Shown in pieces: positions 1-12,268 of a DNA stretch of 64,000 nucleotides (positions are counted from its first letter, which is position 1; each line of letters starts with the position of its first letter). This DNA comes from Oculina patagonica (Eukaryota): contig NC_135763.1 of NCBI RefSeq assembly GCF_052425735.1, positions 37,386,001 through 37,450,000 of the forward strand. Reading direction: 5' to 3'. The position numbers and the translations under genes are program-made. Below the pieces are notes generated by a model. That model was not told the origin of the DNA. It was given only the letters and a program-made list of their open reading frames with translations, and did no database searches.

Positions 1-423
1 GGCAGCTATGCAAGGAGGAATAAATGATGAGATTTGCCCACCTTTTTTCTTCTTGGCATCTCGATAAAGATCCTCACTCAACTTGTCAAGCTTCTCTTCG
101 CATTTGTTCAGCTTTTGAAGCACTTTATTAACAACTTTTTGCCTTTTGGTAGTATTTCCCTTTCTCGTTAACAGTTCATTGTTTATTAAGTCAAAGAAAC
201 CCTTCAGTTCCACTTGAAACCTGTGCAACATACTCACATACTTTTTGTGGTCTATCGCCAAGCCCTCCATCTCTTGAACTAACGTCAAGTTACTTTGCAT
301 TAAACCAGTACCAAGATTAGATATTTTTTGCAAAATCGGCGACGAGTCTGATGAACATCCACCAAGTTCAAGAACATCCAGAAGCAATTGGCGGATCTCG
401 TTTAGGTTTTTGTTTGCTGCCAT
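1..423 (-). CDS. Unknown protein, 5' part only (runs off the left edge)
   Basis: ATG at 423-421 (context AGAAATGGCA), then 141 codons with no stop to base 1: MAANKNLNEIRQLLLDVLELGG...QKVVNKVLQKLNKCEEKLDKLSEDLYRDAKKKKGG.... It looks helical or coiled-coil. It is missing from the ORF track because no stop falls in the window. No family recognised. Confidence 0.6.
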   Translation of the reverse strand, partial: MAANKNLNEIRQLLLDVLELGGCSSDSSPILQKISNLGTGLMQSNLTLVQEMEGLAIDHKKYVSMLHRFQVELKGFFDLINNELLTRKGNTTKRQKVVNKVLQKLNKCEEKLDKLSEDLYRDAKKKKGGQISSFIPPCIAA

Positions 424-645
424 TTCTTCAAGAAGAACAACGGTATTCGGTCTAGAGATCTTTTGTCTGATCTGATCAATCTGATCAGTCGCGATGGCAG
501 GGGAATTTAGTTTCGATTTTGCTGGTAACCGCGCTTTGTTTTTCATTTATAACTTCCGCTCAAATATCTAATCAGTACAAAGGTAGCGGGCGATCGCGTT
601 TCACTCCTTCCACGATCAAATTGCAAAACCCGATCGCCCCTAAAA

Positions 646-745
646 TAGCCTGCAGAACAGGCGGTTTATTTTGCGGGTCGCATTTCGCGCTCACTGTGTC
701 ACGCTTCGCACGACCTGCAAAATAAACCGCCTGTTCTGCAGGCTA
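646..745. mobile_element. 100-bp hairpin MITE with TAG...CTA ends and a 9-bp TSD (AcademH-like non-autonomous element, tentative)
   Basis: TAGCCTGCAGAACAGGCGGTTTATTTTGC pairs with GCAAAATAAACCGCCTGTTCTGCAGGCTA. The identical flank CCCCTAAAA is at 637-645 and 746-754. Confidence 0.85.
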
Positions 746-3621
746 CCCCTAAAAAGGCCTGCGTGTGACGCTATTGCAAAGGTGACATACAGTATTTCCT
801 CGATTAAACGCCCCCGGCGTTAATTTTAAACTTCTCGTGGTACGCGGGATTTTCGGCGCGAAACTCCTAATAATCGGGAAACAAATATCCTAGCTGTACA
901 GCGCTTTTAAAAAACCTTTCGAAAGAGATGTTTTTTGATTTGTTATTTACTTCTTGAGAAACGCCTTTCAACTGAGCAGTATTGAAAATACAACAACTGC
1001 CATCGATGACTCCGTGAAAAAAACAAAAGTATCATGTTACAGCATCTGCAAGAAAAACAAAAGTATCTTGTTACAACAAAGAACAAAAGTATCGTTTTAC
1101 GGTTGCAAAGAGAAGCGTAAGTAACTTAACAGGGTCCCAAAGGGGTTTAGGGCTCCAGGGCTCCGGGCTAAAAAATGCAGGGCTCCAGGACCCTCCAGGG
1201 CTCCAAGACAGAAATGTCAGGCTCGAAAAAAGGCAAATTATGCTTTTTATAGCAGAGGTCATATTTTTTAGAAATTGTGCAAAAATTATACTACTTTCTG
1301 AAAGTTATGCTCTCTGTCACCGAAATAATGCTACTTAGATTTTAAGGAAAATAAAGATCACCAGTGGCTCAACTGTATCAATTTTAACTTTAATGAACAT
1401 TTATATAGTCCACCTTCCAGTCTCACAGTCTTTAGCATCGCAAATAATAATAATATAATAATAAAAGATTCATATAGCGCCATATCCATGGTTCATGGCG
1501 CTTTACAGTAAAAATATTATTAAAAAGTGAAATTTACTTAAAAAATACGAATGTGCGCACCTCGAAAAGCCAAATGATTAACAAATGATATCCAAATCAA
1601 CCGTTTCTGGGTTCTGAATCTGGGTCAGAAAGTTACCTGTATATACTTGTTTTAGACGCCATCCAGGCAAAGCCCTCATTTTAGTATAAAGACAATTATG
1701 CATTAAATTGTTTTTTAAAAAAAATAAAAAAATTAACAATTCAAAAAATAAAGAAATTCAAAATTCAAAAAACAAACTCTCAGATATGCACAGGGTGACC
1801 TGGAGTCTGCCGACCATACTTGACCATGGGCCTTAGCACAGACCTCAATATTTTCCAAAAACAATACAGAAATAAAATACAAACTTGTGGCGTTCCCGTG
1901 GGGTAGCCCAGATAAACCAGACGTGTAGTTTCCAGTATAACTGATTTATTTAGTACACATCAAACGGTGAAACTATAAAGTAAAATTACAACAACAAAAA
2001 AGCCTAAATAGAAAATTGAAATACATAGGTAGAGGAAGAAAAAAGTTATAATGACATAAGGAAGAAAAAGAAAACTTACATTTGATGATTTCTCCGGGTT
2101 TTGGTGAACAGCTTATTGGAGTGGTAAAAACGTGTTTATATACGAGGGCTTAAAATTTAGGTCTGAAATCGATATATATATAAAACTGGATATAAATGAA
2201 AATAACGTAACGCACGGAGAGCGTCACGCCTGACGCGCGAACGTCACAAAACTGAATCATTCTAGAACTATGATGTTTTTTTTTTTTTTTTCAAAGTATA
2301 AAAGCTCGGATTATGATAGCAGTGCTAAACTGAAATAAAAGCTTGAATAATGCTATTTTTGCTAAATTATGCTTAAAATTATGCTAGCACAATCTACCAA
2401 AGCCTTAGTATGACCTAGCCTGTGTATACAGCCGTCCCGCTCCGCGAGCGGGATGGAGTGTACAGAGGCTATAGCGCTCCATAAAATTTGCTTTAGGGCT
2501 CCATGCTCCACTGTGGTCTACAACTTTGATATATACAAATTCCTTTTTTAACTAAATCAAATCCGCATATAAAAAAGTCACAATTTTTCATTTCAAACCC
2601 GAGCTTTCCTTTAACATGTCTCCGCCTTGTGTGTTATTTTTTGGTGTTTCGTGTTACTTATCGGTAGGGTTATATTCGAATAGAATAAGGTCAACTCCAA
2701 GACCATGGAGCAACTCCATTTGACAGAACTGGACAGTCATCTAACCTCTATATCTTTTACGCGACATTATTCATGCCCAAAATCATGTTTGCCCTTTTTG
2801 TCATTGCGAAAAATGGAAAATTTGGGTCAGTCCAACAAGGCTTTGCACCTAAGGAACTGGCCAACGAACTGTGTCCATTGATTTTTATTAAAAAATTCAA
2901 AGAGGACATCATGACCCTGTCAATCTGTCAATCTGTCAAAAGATAGCTTCTTCATGACGACTGCTTCTGGTCATTTAAATTAACTTGATGTATAGATATT
3001 TTCTTTTTTTCTTTTTTTTAATCTTCTTTTCTTAGTAATCTTTTTAAATTATGTACATTTTTTTAATCTTCCTTTCTGAGTAATCTTTTTAAATTATGTA
3101 CATATTTTATTAGATATTTTTAAGGTCTTTTACCCCTTTCCCCTGCATTTTAAAGTTTTTAATTGTAGTCTTGCAGTCGATGGGAGCATGTCTATGTAGA
3201 TGTAGATGGTCATGGTTAAGGACATGAAGAGGCAGTAAACTTTGAAAAGATAATTTGAAAAAGCAAAAAAAAAAGTGCTGGGAATAAAAAATGTTCGTTG
3301 CTGCAAACGGTAATAGACATGATCAGACAATTAAGTAATATGCACAATCCAGACAATACCCAAAAGTCAGAAATGAATAGAAAGGGGCCATGAATGGTGA
3401 ACAATTTAGGGCTGGATAAGTAATGAAATTACCGATCAATTTCTTCAAACTTTACTTGTTACATCACAGTGATAAGACGAATAATCGATGAATTTGAGAA
3501 TTTATATGGTACAATTTGCGGTAACTGATATCTGCAAGCAAGCGTGAAAACGGCCAATGACACGTTAATGGTCTTCATATAAAAACAGCCTGCACGTCAA
3601 GGGAAGCCCTGTTTCGCAACA

Positions 3622-4078
3622 TATATAGAGGATATAACATGGTTGCGCGGAGATATGAAATTTATCTTCGAGTGTTGAAATCGATATCTCACGAGTGAGC
3701 GCAGCGAACGAGTGGGATATTGATTTAAACACGAGAAGATAAATTTCATATCTCCAAGCAACCATGTAATATTCTGTTTATTATATAAACCTACTAATTG
3801 CGATGTTTTTGACGATTTTCCGAAGATTTCCGACCATTTTCCGAAGATTTCCTAAGATTTTCAAAATGTTGTCCGAAGGTCGTACAAATGTTTCCGAACA
3901 TTTTCCGAACTTTTCCGGAAATTTCCGAAGATATCCGATGACTGTCGAGGAAGATCCGAGGATGTTTCGACTAATATCGATTTTCTTTGGCTTATTCAGC
4001 ATTGAAACTGGTCAAACTTGTCAGAAAATGTTCCGAAATCGATATCTTCACATGTGAAAATTATGTACTTATTGACTA

Positions 4079-4109
<31 letters not shown>

Positions 4110-5110
4110 TCGAGGTCCGTGCGTCCTGACCGAGAGCCAAATATTTTCCCGTCCGGCATTTTTTATTACACGACTAAGGCGGTCCGAGGGCCAATAACTG
4201 AATCAGCCAATCAGATTACTTAATTTCCGGTCCCGCGAGGGCCGATATTTTCCAAGTATCGGACCGGGTTTTGTCCCGGATGATCCCGCGCTAATTCCAG
4301 CGCGATTTAGCGCAAGATTTTTTGCAAGATTTTTCCGGAGTTTTTATTGCTTTGAAAATGAAATGACCTTAAACACAGAAATAATTATAACTTCTTTTTA
4401 ATAGCGCGCGGAAAAGTTTTGCCGCACATTGTTTTCCAGGACATCTACCGGGTAGCAATTCTTACTACACAAAGTTTCCAGTCGTGTAATAAATCTCTTA
4501 TTAACCAAGCTTGCTCTGGACCTCGGTCTTTTTTGTACGGACCTCGCTGCGCTCGATCCGTACTGTCAAGACCTCGGGCCAATATTCGCCTAGTACGGCC
4601 CTCGCGCGTGGTTAATTAACAATTATCCTGCGAAATCGCGCGGAATATCGCCTGATACTTAGCCGACGAGGCCGTAGGCTGAGTTGGCTAAAATCAGACG
4701 ATATTTCGCAAGATTGAGCAAGATAATTGTTTTATTATTCAACAAATTGTCAACGAAACACATTTTGCACATAGAAAAACTGTAATTATGTAGCGCTTTA
4801 CAAGATTTCGGACGAATCTTCACAACTACGAATATCGCAGGATATCTGTTATGTACGGATGACAGATATCGTTGACTTTTTGACCATATATGGGCAGCGC
4901 GCGCATCTGTTGAAATAAGATATATTTCCGGCCCTGCCAGAGCGAGGCGTACGGCCCTCAAACGGGACTTTTTCTCATATGGTTTTCCAAGGAAATTGCG
5001 CGCGGGTCCGTACGGGTCATATGATAAAACATGTTATTTTCACGTGTGAAGATATGATTTTTTCGTGCGAAAGATTTCCTGGTATTTCACTGATGTTTAT
5101 ATAATAAATA
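3622..5110. repeat. Nested cluster of at least 4 palindrome-rich non-autonomous repeats
   Basis: The outer element (ATATCTTCACATGTGAAAA ... TTTTCACGTGTGAAGATAT) is interrupted by GCCGGACGGGAAAATATTTGGCTC/GAGCCAAATATTTTCCCGTCCGGC, by TTTATTACACGACT...AGTCGTGTAATAAA (about 4163-4493) and by a TTAGCCGACGAGGCCGTAGGCTGAGTTGGCTAA hairpin element. Confidence 0.65.
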
Positions 5111-5295
5111 AAGTTCTCGCACCGGGCTAAAACGCTTAAATATCGGCACAAATCAAAGGCTCTTCGAGTAACCTCATGGTAATTCGGTAAAGTGCCGACC
5201 TTCGCACTTCTTTTTTTTAATAGGCGTCGAATAATGGAGCGCAATCTGGCTTCATTTGCCTTTGAATGTTTTATTTTTCCATGGGAGTTATGCAG

Positions 5296-5346
5296 TGAAT
5301 GAATGAATGAATGAATGGATGAATGAATGAATGAATGAATGAATGA
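5296..5346 (+). repeat. (TGAA)n microsatellite
   Basis: About 12 TGAA/GAAT units, the same motif as the LINE tail near 30825-30840. Confidence 0.9.
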
Positions 5347-6038
5347 GAACTTAATTAAAGTGTCAAAACCTTATAGCCTGGGAATATTACTTCATACTAT
5401 AGAGGACACTGCAAAAAACTAAAAACTACACTAATACCAATATCAATACATGCTCTTCGTGCTCTCAGGCTTCGTAGCACGAATTCTATTTTTTCGCCAC
5501 CAAAATAATGGATGGGATGGATGTTTTGTAAAGGACAAAGACAAAAAAAAAAAAGCATCTGGACAGGGACCTAGGAAAGAATTATTCCACACAAATTAGC
5601 TGTATAAGCTACTCTTCAAATCCGAGGGTAAACAAAGTCATGACGATGATGATGATGATTAGTCAGTAAAACAATTGTTCACTGAAGAATAAGAAATTAT
5701 TAAATAAGTGTATTTTTATTCTGACTATTATTATTTAATATCTTCATCCTCGCCATCTTCAATTCTTCTTTAATTAGTGTGTTGTCCTCAAGGATTCTAC
5801 ATGTTTGAGTACCAAATTGAATTAAATAAAAAGTAGGTCTATATATGTGTGTAGATGAAAGGTGTTTGGGTCTCCGGCTCCCTGTGTTTGGTTCTGTTAT
5901 CTCTTAGTTCTTAACAAGGCGGACACCTTCCGTAGAGGATGTAACGTTTTAGGAGGAATGTCATTGTCAGCTTGAGCCGCCTTGGCCTGCCAGGGTTCTG
6001 ATGTTACATATTTTTTGTGAAAGTAAACTGACTGCGTT

Positions 6039-9000
6039 CTAACTTTCAGAATCACAAAAATTGAATCTGAAGTTATTGTCCGATTTTTCAAATCTCCAAT
6101 CATCTTTTAGTGTCTCCGTGTGTCCCTGAAACAAAACAAATTTAAATTTCTGTTATCTCAAATTACCTGCAAACAGCTGAGTGTTCTGTTGTTTCGAATC
6201 TCTAGCTTATGAGATAATACCAGGGATTTAAATATTTTTTGTAATACCTGGCTACCAGTAAAATTGAGAAATCTAGAGAACTGGAAATGCATTTGCCATT
6301 AGTCTTGGCAACAAGTTAGTGTTATTAATTTTATTACTTTTTAAAGTTTTTTTTTTAATTTAATTTTTTTGTAATATAAAACTGAGGCACAAATGTCTTA
6401 GTTTCAGTCTACAGCAATCTAACATAAAATCAAAATAAATTCTGAGTAAAATTCTATGCGGCACTCAAAATTGACTTACCAGTAATTTAAACTAACCTGT
6501 GCATCTGATTCTTTTGATTTTGTCTGGCAGACTTGTACAAATAAACTTCTTTGTTCCTCCTTATTGACAGCTGAGAGCTTTGGCTTCCCAGATGGCTCTA
6601 GATATGAAAATTTACTTTAATTTATTTATTAAGTACATTTAATTTTTAAATATATATTATAAAAATTCACTCTTACTAGTGTTTAAAATGCAAGAAGATA
6701 GTGAAACAGCTAGACTGATATATTTTCTGCAAGGAGAAAAGACTGGAAAATCTGATTAAACATGTGCTATTGTGATGATAAAAGCTCACAGGTAAAACGT
6801 ATAAATTAAAAGCTATTATTATTATTTATATTATTATAATTATTATTATTATTATTGAAGATTAGATTCATGAATGATAAAGTTCTGTCAAGTCATAGCA
6901 AAAGAAGATACTGATAACTGACACCTTGTTTTTCTTTCTTTTTATCATCTTGCATCTTTTTCCTGTAGTCTCCAAACAGTGAAAACATTAGCTGCCTTTT
7001 TCTTGGCTGGGAATAAAAATATAAATAACAAATTAAAGTTTAATTTCAGGGATTGACTACATGATAACAAGATACATGGACAAGCCATGAGTTACATGTC
7101 GCTCTCACAAAAAAAAAAAAACTGTCTGTTCTGCAGGTTACAAGCCAGGGGTATATATTTAATCACACAGATTGCAGCTGTAAAACGGCAGGTCAAAGAA
7201 CAAATTTAAACAAAAATTAATCTAAATCTTAAAACCCTACAGGTCAGTATGAGAAACAATTTGTGGCAAATGCTGAGTTCTTAAAAATAACTTCCTACCC
7301 CCCTCCTGCAATCTCCCAAACTGTGCAACTGATCAATCAGAATATAACTATCATATTAGAGAGGTTTAGCATGACGTTTATTTTTCCCGCAAACAGCAAA
7401 AATTCAACTTCTGCCATCTGCCGTTTGGCATTCTTACGCAGGAATGAGTAGTTTTGTGTTTATCGCGAGTGTGGGATTTTTACCCAATTTTTTATGAGGG
7501 ATGTTAGAATTCCATACAAAGGTAACAAAAGGAAAGGCAAGCTCACATTTGCCGTTTTCCGTATAACGTCATGCTTATTCTCTCTATTAATGGGTAAGGT
7601 CGTATTAAAGGAGTTGTTAGAACAAGAAAATAACTGACGAAGTATTTTCGTTGGGGCAAAAAGTTACACTTCTTAAATGTTGTGGGAAATCTTTTTCTAC
7701 TAGAAAACTTGTAAAAATAGTAAGATTGATGCCCAGGGGGAGGGGGGGGGGGACTCTGGCTTGTAAATGACGGGGATGATCGAATAGAGGCAAAAATCAG
7801 GACCCCAAAAATCCCTAAGTCTTCGGACATTACCCAAAAAAATCCCTGGACCAAAAATAACCCCCCAAAAAAATCCCTTGTCAAATTACCCATAAATTGC
7901 CAGGAAGGGCAATAATATAACACAAAGAAAACCATAATAAATTGAACGCTCGTGTTTGTTTATTCATCATACCATAATAAAACAATGTTTAAATCTGTTT
8001 ATCGTTCAATTTGGCGAGGTTTACGCAGCGAAGTCACTGTGGCACGGCGTGAAGTCGCGATTGTAAGTTTTTCTGGAAAACAACGCGTGAAAAATTAAAC
8101 TTGAGGATTGATTTGATAGTAGTTAATATATCAATTGTTCGCTATGTCAGTTTTCATTCTGTGTTTGCTTCAGTGACAACCATAGTTAGTAGAGGCAACT
8201 GATTTCATTTTTCTTCAATGCGGGATGCTTACGTATTTAATTCAGTTTCAGTTTCTTTGTCTTCATCGTAGTCACAACCTTTTATGTTGACTGATAACAG
8301 ACGTATCACGTTAATAACCACAAGCAGAGCGCCCGCTAAAACGTAAACATTATCTGAAAACACAAACTGCACAGCAAGCGATCGAAAAATAAAGATATTG
8401 CAATGTTTTTGTTTGCTATTTATAAGCGCGTATCAAAAACTGTCCATGTCGCTAAGGTGTCCATCCATTATTAAATGCAGACACTCTTTCAGCTTGTCGT
8501 GAGTGTGCACAAAAATAGCGAGTATTGTGTTATGAATTTTCACGCCTCGAATAAAGCTCTAACGAGGAATAATGCCAATTGAGTGAAAAGTCTAAATTTT
8601 TCTTTAAGTTAGCTGTGCGCCAGAAAATTACCCAGCAAGTTATGGAATAACGAATAAAAAGACGCGAAAAACGACACACTGAGCCCAAAGGGGCTTTTGA
8701 TCCTTTATTTGTATGAATGTAAAAACATGTTTCTGTGAGAAGTTATTCAGACATCCTACGTGAACGCCTTTAGATGTCTCATTCTGGCGAAATCTGCTTT
8801 TCACACACACACACACACAACCCAAAAAAAAACTGACAAGGCGTATTTAATAATTAAAGTGCCCAAACTAGTCAACTATTCAAATACAGCTCACCGCGGC
8901 TATTCGCATCGTAACAAGAGAAAACAATAACTATTCTTTTGTTGGTGAGCCATCCAGCGATCAATTTTCTAAATGTCTTCGCACGAAAAACACGGAAAGC

Positions 9001-12000
9001 AAGAAAAAGGTGCATTCTTAACAAGCACAATATAAAATCATGGCACTATCAAATCTCTTCAAACTCGAACTACCAAATTATATGCCAATTTCACTAGGAG
9101 TTTTGTAGAAAATCATGGCATTAGCAAATATCCCAACATTCGTACAGCCCCAATTCCCCCTGCCCCTTAAAAAAACCTCTTAGAACTGGATAAAATCTGG
9201 AAGTGTTGACAACATCATCTTACGAGACCGCGCGCAGCTTTAGTCCAAGGAAATCTGGAGCTTTTCGTCTTCTCATTCTGCGATACAGTGCTCAAGAGCA
9301 TACCGTAAAAACCCGCAGATAAGCCGCACCTTTTTTCCAAAAATTTTCGCTCGAAAGCAGGGGTGCGGCTTATCTGCGGGAACATTCGGAAAAGGTGCCG
9401 TAAATTTTTGTTAACTGATGCTAATTTATGGAAAATTATGTAAATTAAAAAACCTAAAAACTACAAGAGAGTACCGGTCATTGCTTTTGCAAGTTTGACA
9501 GCTCCTATACTGTTGCAGTGTCGACAATAGCCTAAAACTTTAACAGTAATATTGATACTTTTACGAGCGAGAAAATACCACGAGTATTCACGAGTAAGAT
9601 GGCCAATTGTTTCTCTCTCATTTTGCACTTTGATGAAAAATTTGTCGAACTGATTACGAAACACTCATTATGCAACAAGTTTTTCTTCAATAGATGGCTC
9701 CCAAATCTCTTTAATTTGTCAATATGATCACCACGAAACTCGAACGCCTCCATCGCTATCTTGTTTTGCTTTACGTTCTCTCCCTAGTCCCATATTTCGA
9801 GTCCGATCAAATGCCTGGTTACTAAGCTACGAACGTTTTGCAAACGAAAGCTCTTGTTGTTGTCACACAAAAATCTATGGAAAACTGCGTTGAATGAAGA
9901 AATACCTGTCAACAAATGCCAGAAAAAGATCACCCATAAAATGTCAAAGTTGGTTTTCATTATATTAAAGAGCTCAAATTGTGGGTAAGACTGAAGTATT
10001 TTCTGTTTCAATGTTCATTGAGTTTACGTTTGATGAAGAAGACTTCCTAAAGACTCAACTTTGGATTTTTGACTCGACTTTGGATTTTCTTTGATTTACT
10101 TTCAAAAAACTTTTTTTTCCAACATTTGAGTTGTTAAACTCAGGGTGCGGCTTATCTGCGGGTGCGGCTTATACGCGGGTGTTTACGGTAATTTTAAAGC
10201 GACGAAAACGAAGCTGTGGCTTAGCTTTGCGGACTACATTCTTGAAAGCAGGGGAATTAATTTTAAATTTATTTTCCCCCTACAAATGTTTGATGTTATA
10301 TACAAATGCTTTCTGGTGTTTTGTTTTGTTTTTTGTTCGTTAATTATTATTACTTTAGCGCGGCTAATAAAAAAATACGATCTCCCCACATCACTTTAAT
10401 TGCCGAATCCTGCAGATTCAAAAAGTTATTTTTAGCGGGAGCAAGCGATTACATCTGTCAAGTGATGAGTTGTGACTGATGTTTTGCACTCCTCCTGCGA
10501 GCTTTTCCGAGCTTCAAATTGCAAGATCTGTCAACACGCCTATTGTTAACTATTGCGAAATCGGTGCACTGAATGTACCCATGGCCGACACTATCGCAGG
10601 TTGCTAAGGCATGCGGGTCCTCATGAAATACTTGCCAAATTTTCCAACCCAAAAAAATCCCGGAATCAAAAATTTCAAACCCAAAAACATCCTTCGATCA
10701 TCCCCGTCATTTACAAACTGGAGTACCCCCCCCCCCCTGGGGATTGATGCAACTCTGCTAGCAGGCTATCCAGGAACTTACCAAAGGTGTTTTAGAAGAA
10801 TTTAAAGATCTTAAATGACGATGAACGACTTCAGCTATAAAACAAAAAGAATATATTTTCCATTTTAACAATTAGTTAGAAGGAACAAAGATGAAGTCAG
10901 AAGAATAATGTTTGATATAACAATCATTTATAATTTGCAAACGATCATGGCAAATATTTAACCTAGCTTTTGAGAATTAGAATGCTTAATTTCATATTTT
11001 CCTTATCTTTGAATAACACAGCTACCTTGTTTCTTATCAGGTTTTTGAAATGCAAGCCCCATTTCAAGTTGTTCAATGCACCAGTTCAGCTCACTCTGAA
11101 ACTTGTCTTCTGCTGACTGTAAAATAATTAAAAACAACAAATTATAACAAGTTTTATACTGACTAAATTATAAATCACATCAGAGGTATTCTTGAAAAAA
11201 CTGTAGAAATTGTCCAGGTTTGATGGTTGAGGGTAATATTCGATGGTTGAGGGTAATATCCTGAAAAGGGTAAGCCATGAGCCATGCAGCCCACACTGCC
11301 AAAGCTTATTACAGTTTCCTTACCATTATGCGGCTAGGAATGGTTGTTACGTGTTACCCGTCTGCGTCGCTAGTATAAAGACGGGCACAAGGCAAGTTAC
11401 CTGTCTAGATGAGCTTCCTTTCGAGATGCGTCTCAAAGGACGGATAACAAAAGGAAGCTCTTTTGACGCGCAACGCATCTTGTGCCCGTCTTTATACTGG
11501 AGACGCATAACAAGACGAACAACAAATTTTTTGCTGAAGCTCGTCCAGACGAGTAACACGTCTCTAGTATAAAAACGACCAATATTTCCACATCCCCTTG
11601 AATGGGATGCTAATCCATTGTAGGGTACACCCCCAGCATGATGTTGCCGGTTTTCATAGTCCCCCAAAAAAGATTTCCATATAAAATAATCAAAAAACTT
11701 AAAATGTATTTAGCTGTACAGAATGAGATAAGCTATTTGGGGACACTATTAATCTAATCTAATCTAATCTAATTTAAATTAAGAAGCTAACAACTGTGAC
11801 GCCAAAATTATACATACAGTATCCGTTTTTACAAAATACTGAAATCTTGCCGGTAATCTTTTTACCTCACTTGTTTCTTCTGTTTTAGCTACGCCATCTT
11901 CACGTGTACTTTCTGCTGAAACCTGGACTGTCTCCTAAGAAATATGCAAAAATAGCATTTATTAAAAATGTTTACCAAGTATTTCAACGTAAATTCCAAA

Positions 12001-12110
12001 GACGGTACCTGAAGTTTCTGCTCCTGCTTTTTTCGCTTAGCAGCTTCCTTTTTCTTCTTGTTTTTCCGCTGTTTTGCCGTGAGTTCTTTCTCTGCTTCTC
12101 CATCCGCCAT
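6039..12110 (-). CDS. C8orf33: UPF0488 protein C8orf33 homolog (194 aa, 7 exons)
   Basis: Exons 12110-12009, 11934-11866, 11116-11026, 10834-10782, 7006-6925, 6597-6497 and 6125-6039; all GT-AG with consistent phases. Motifs FQSELNWCIEQLEMGL...KTPLPRKRQLMFSLFGDYRKKM and C-terminal FRFNF match the C8orf33 family. Confidence 0.92.
9303..10188. mobile_element. Tc1/mariner (pogo/Tigger-like) non-autonomous DNA transposon in a C8orf33 intron
   Basis: TIRs CCGTAAAAACCCGCAGATAAGCCGCACC and GGTGCGGCTTATACGCGGGTGTTTACGG, flanked by TA at 9301-9302 and 10189-10190. No intact transposase ORF. Confidence 0.85.
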
Positions 12111-12268
12111 TTTTGATCTTCTTTCCCAACTCATCCAATCAAATCAAAGAACATTGAAATTTTTCAACCAATGAGAACGCAAAGATGTAGCCAATCAAAT
12201 GTCTCGGAACTGCGCCAAATGCGCGCGTTACCGGAAATCCAACGGTTTGTTTACAAACAAACACTTCA
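12111..12268. promoter_or_regulatory. Compact bidirectional promoter (C8orf33 / SOCS-box gene)
   Basis: Only 158 bp separate the divergent ATGs. CCAAT boxes at 12136, 12168 and 12191, ETS-like CCGGAA at 12231, and a CGCGCG element. Confidence 0.75.

Noticed and set aside
3781-4057. ORFs with FRRFP repeats
   Set aside because: Translation of TTTCCGAAGA repeats within a non-autonomous element.
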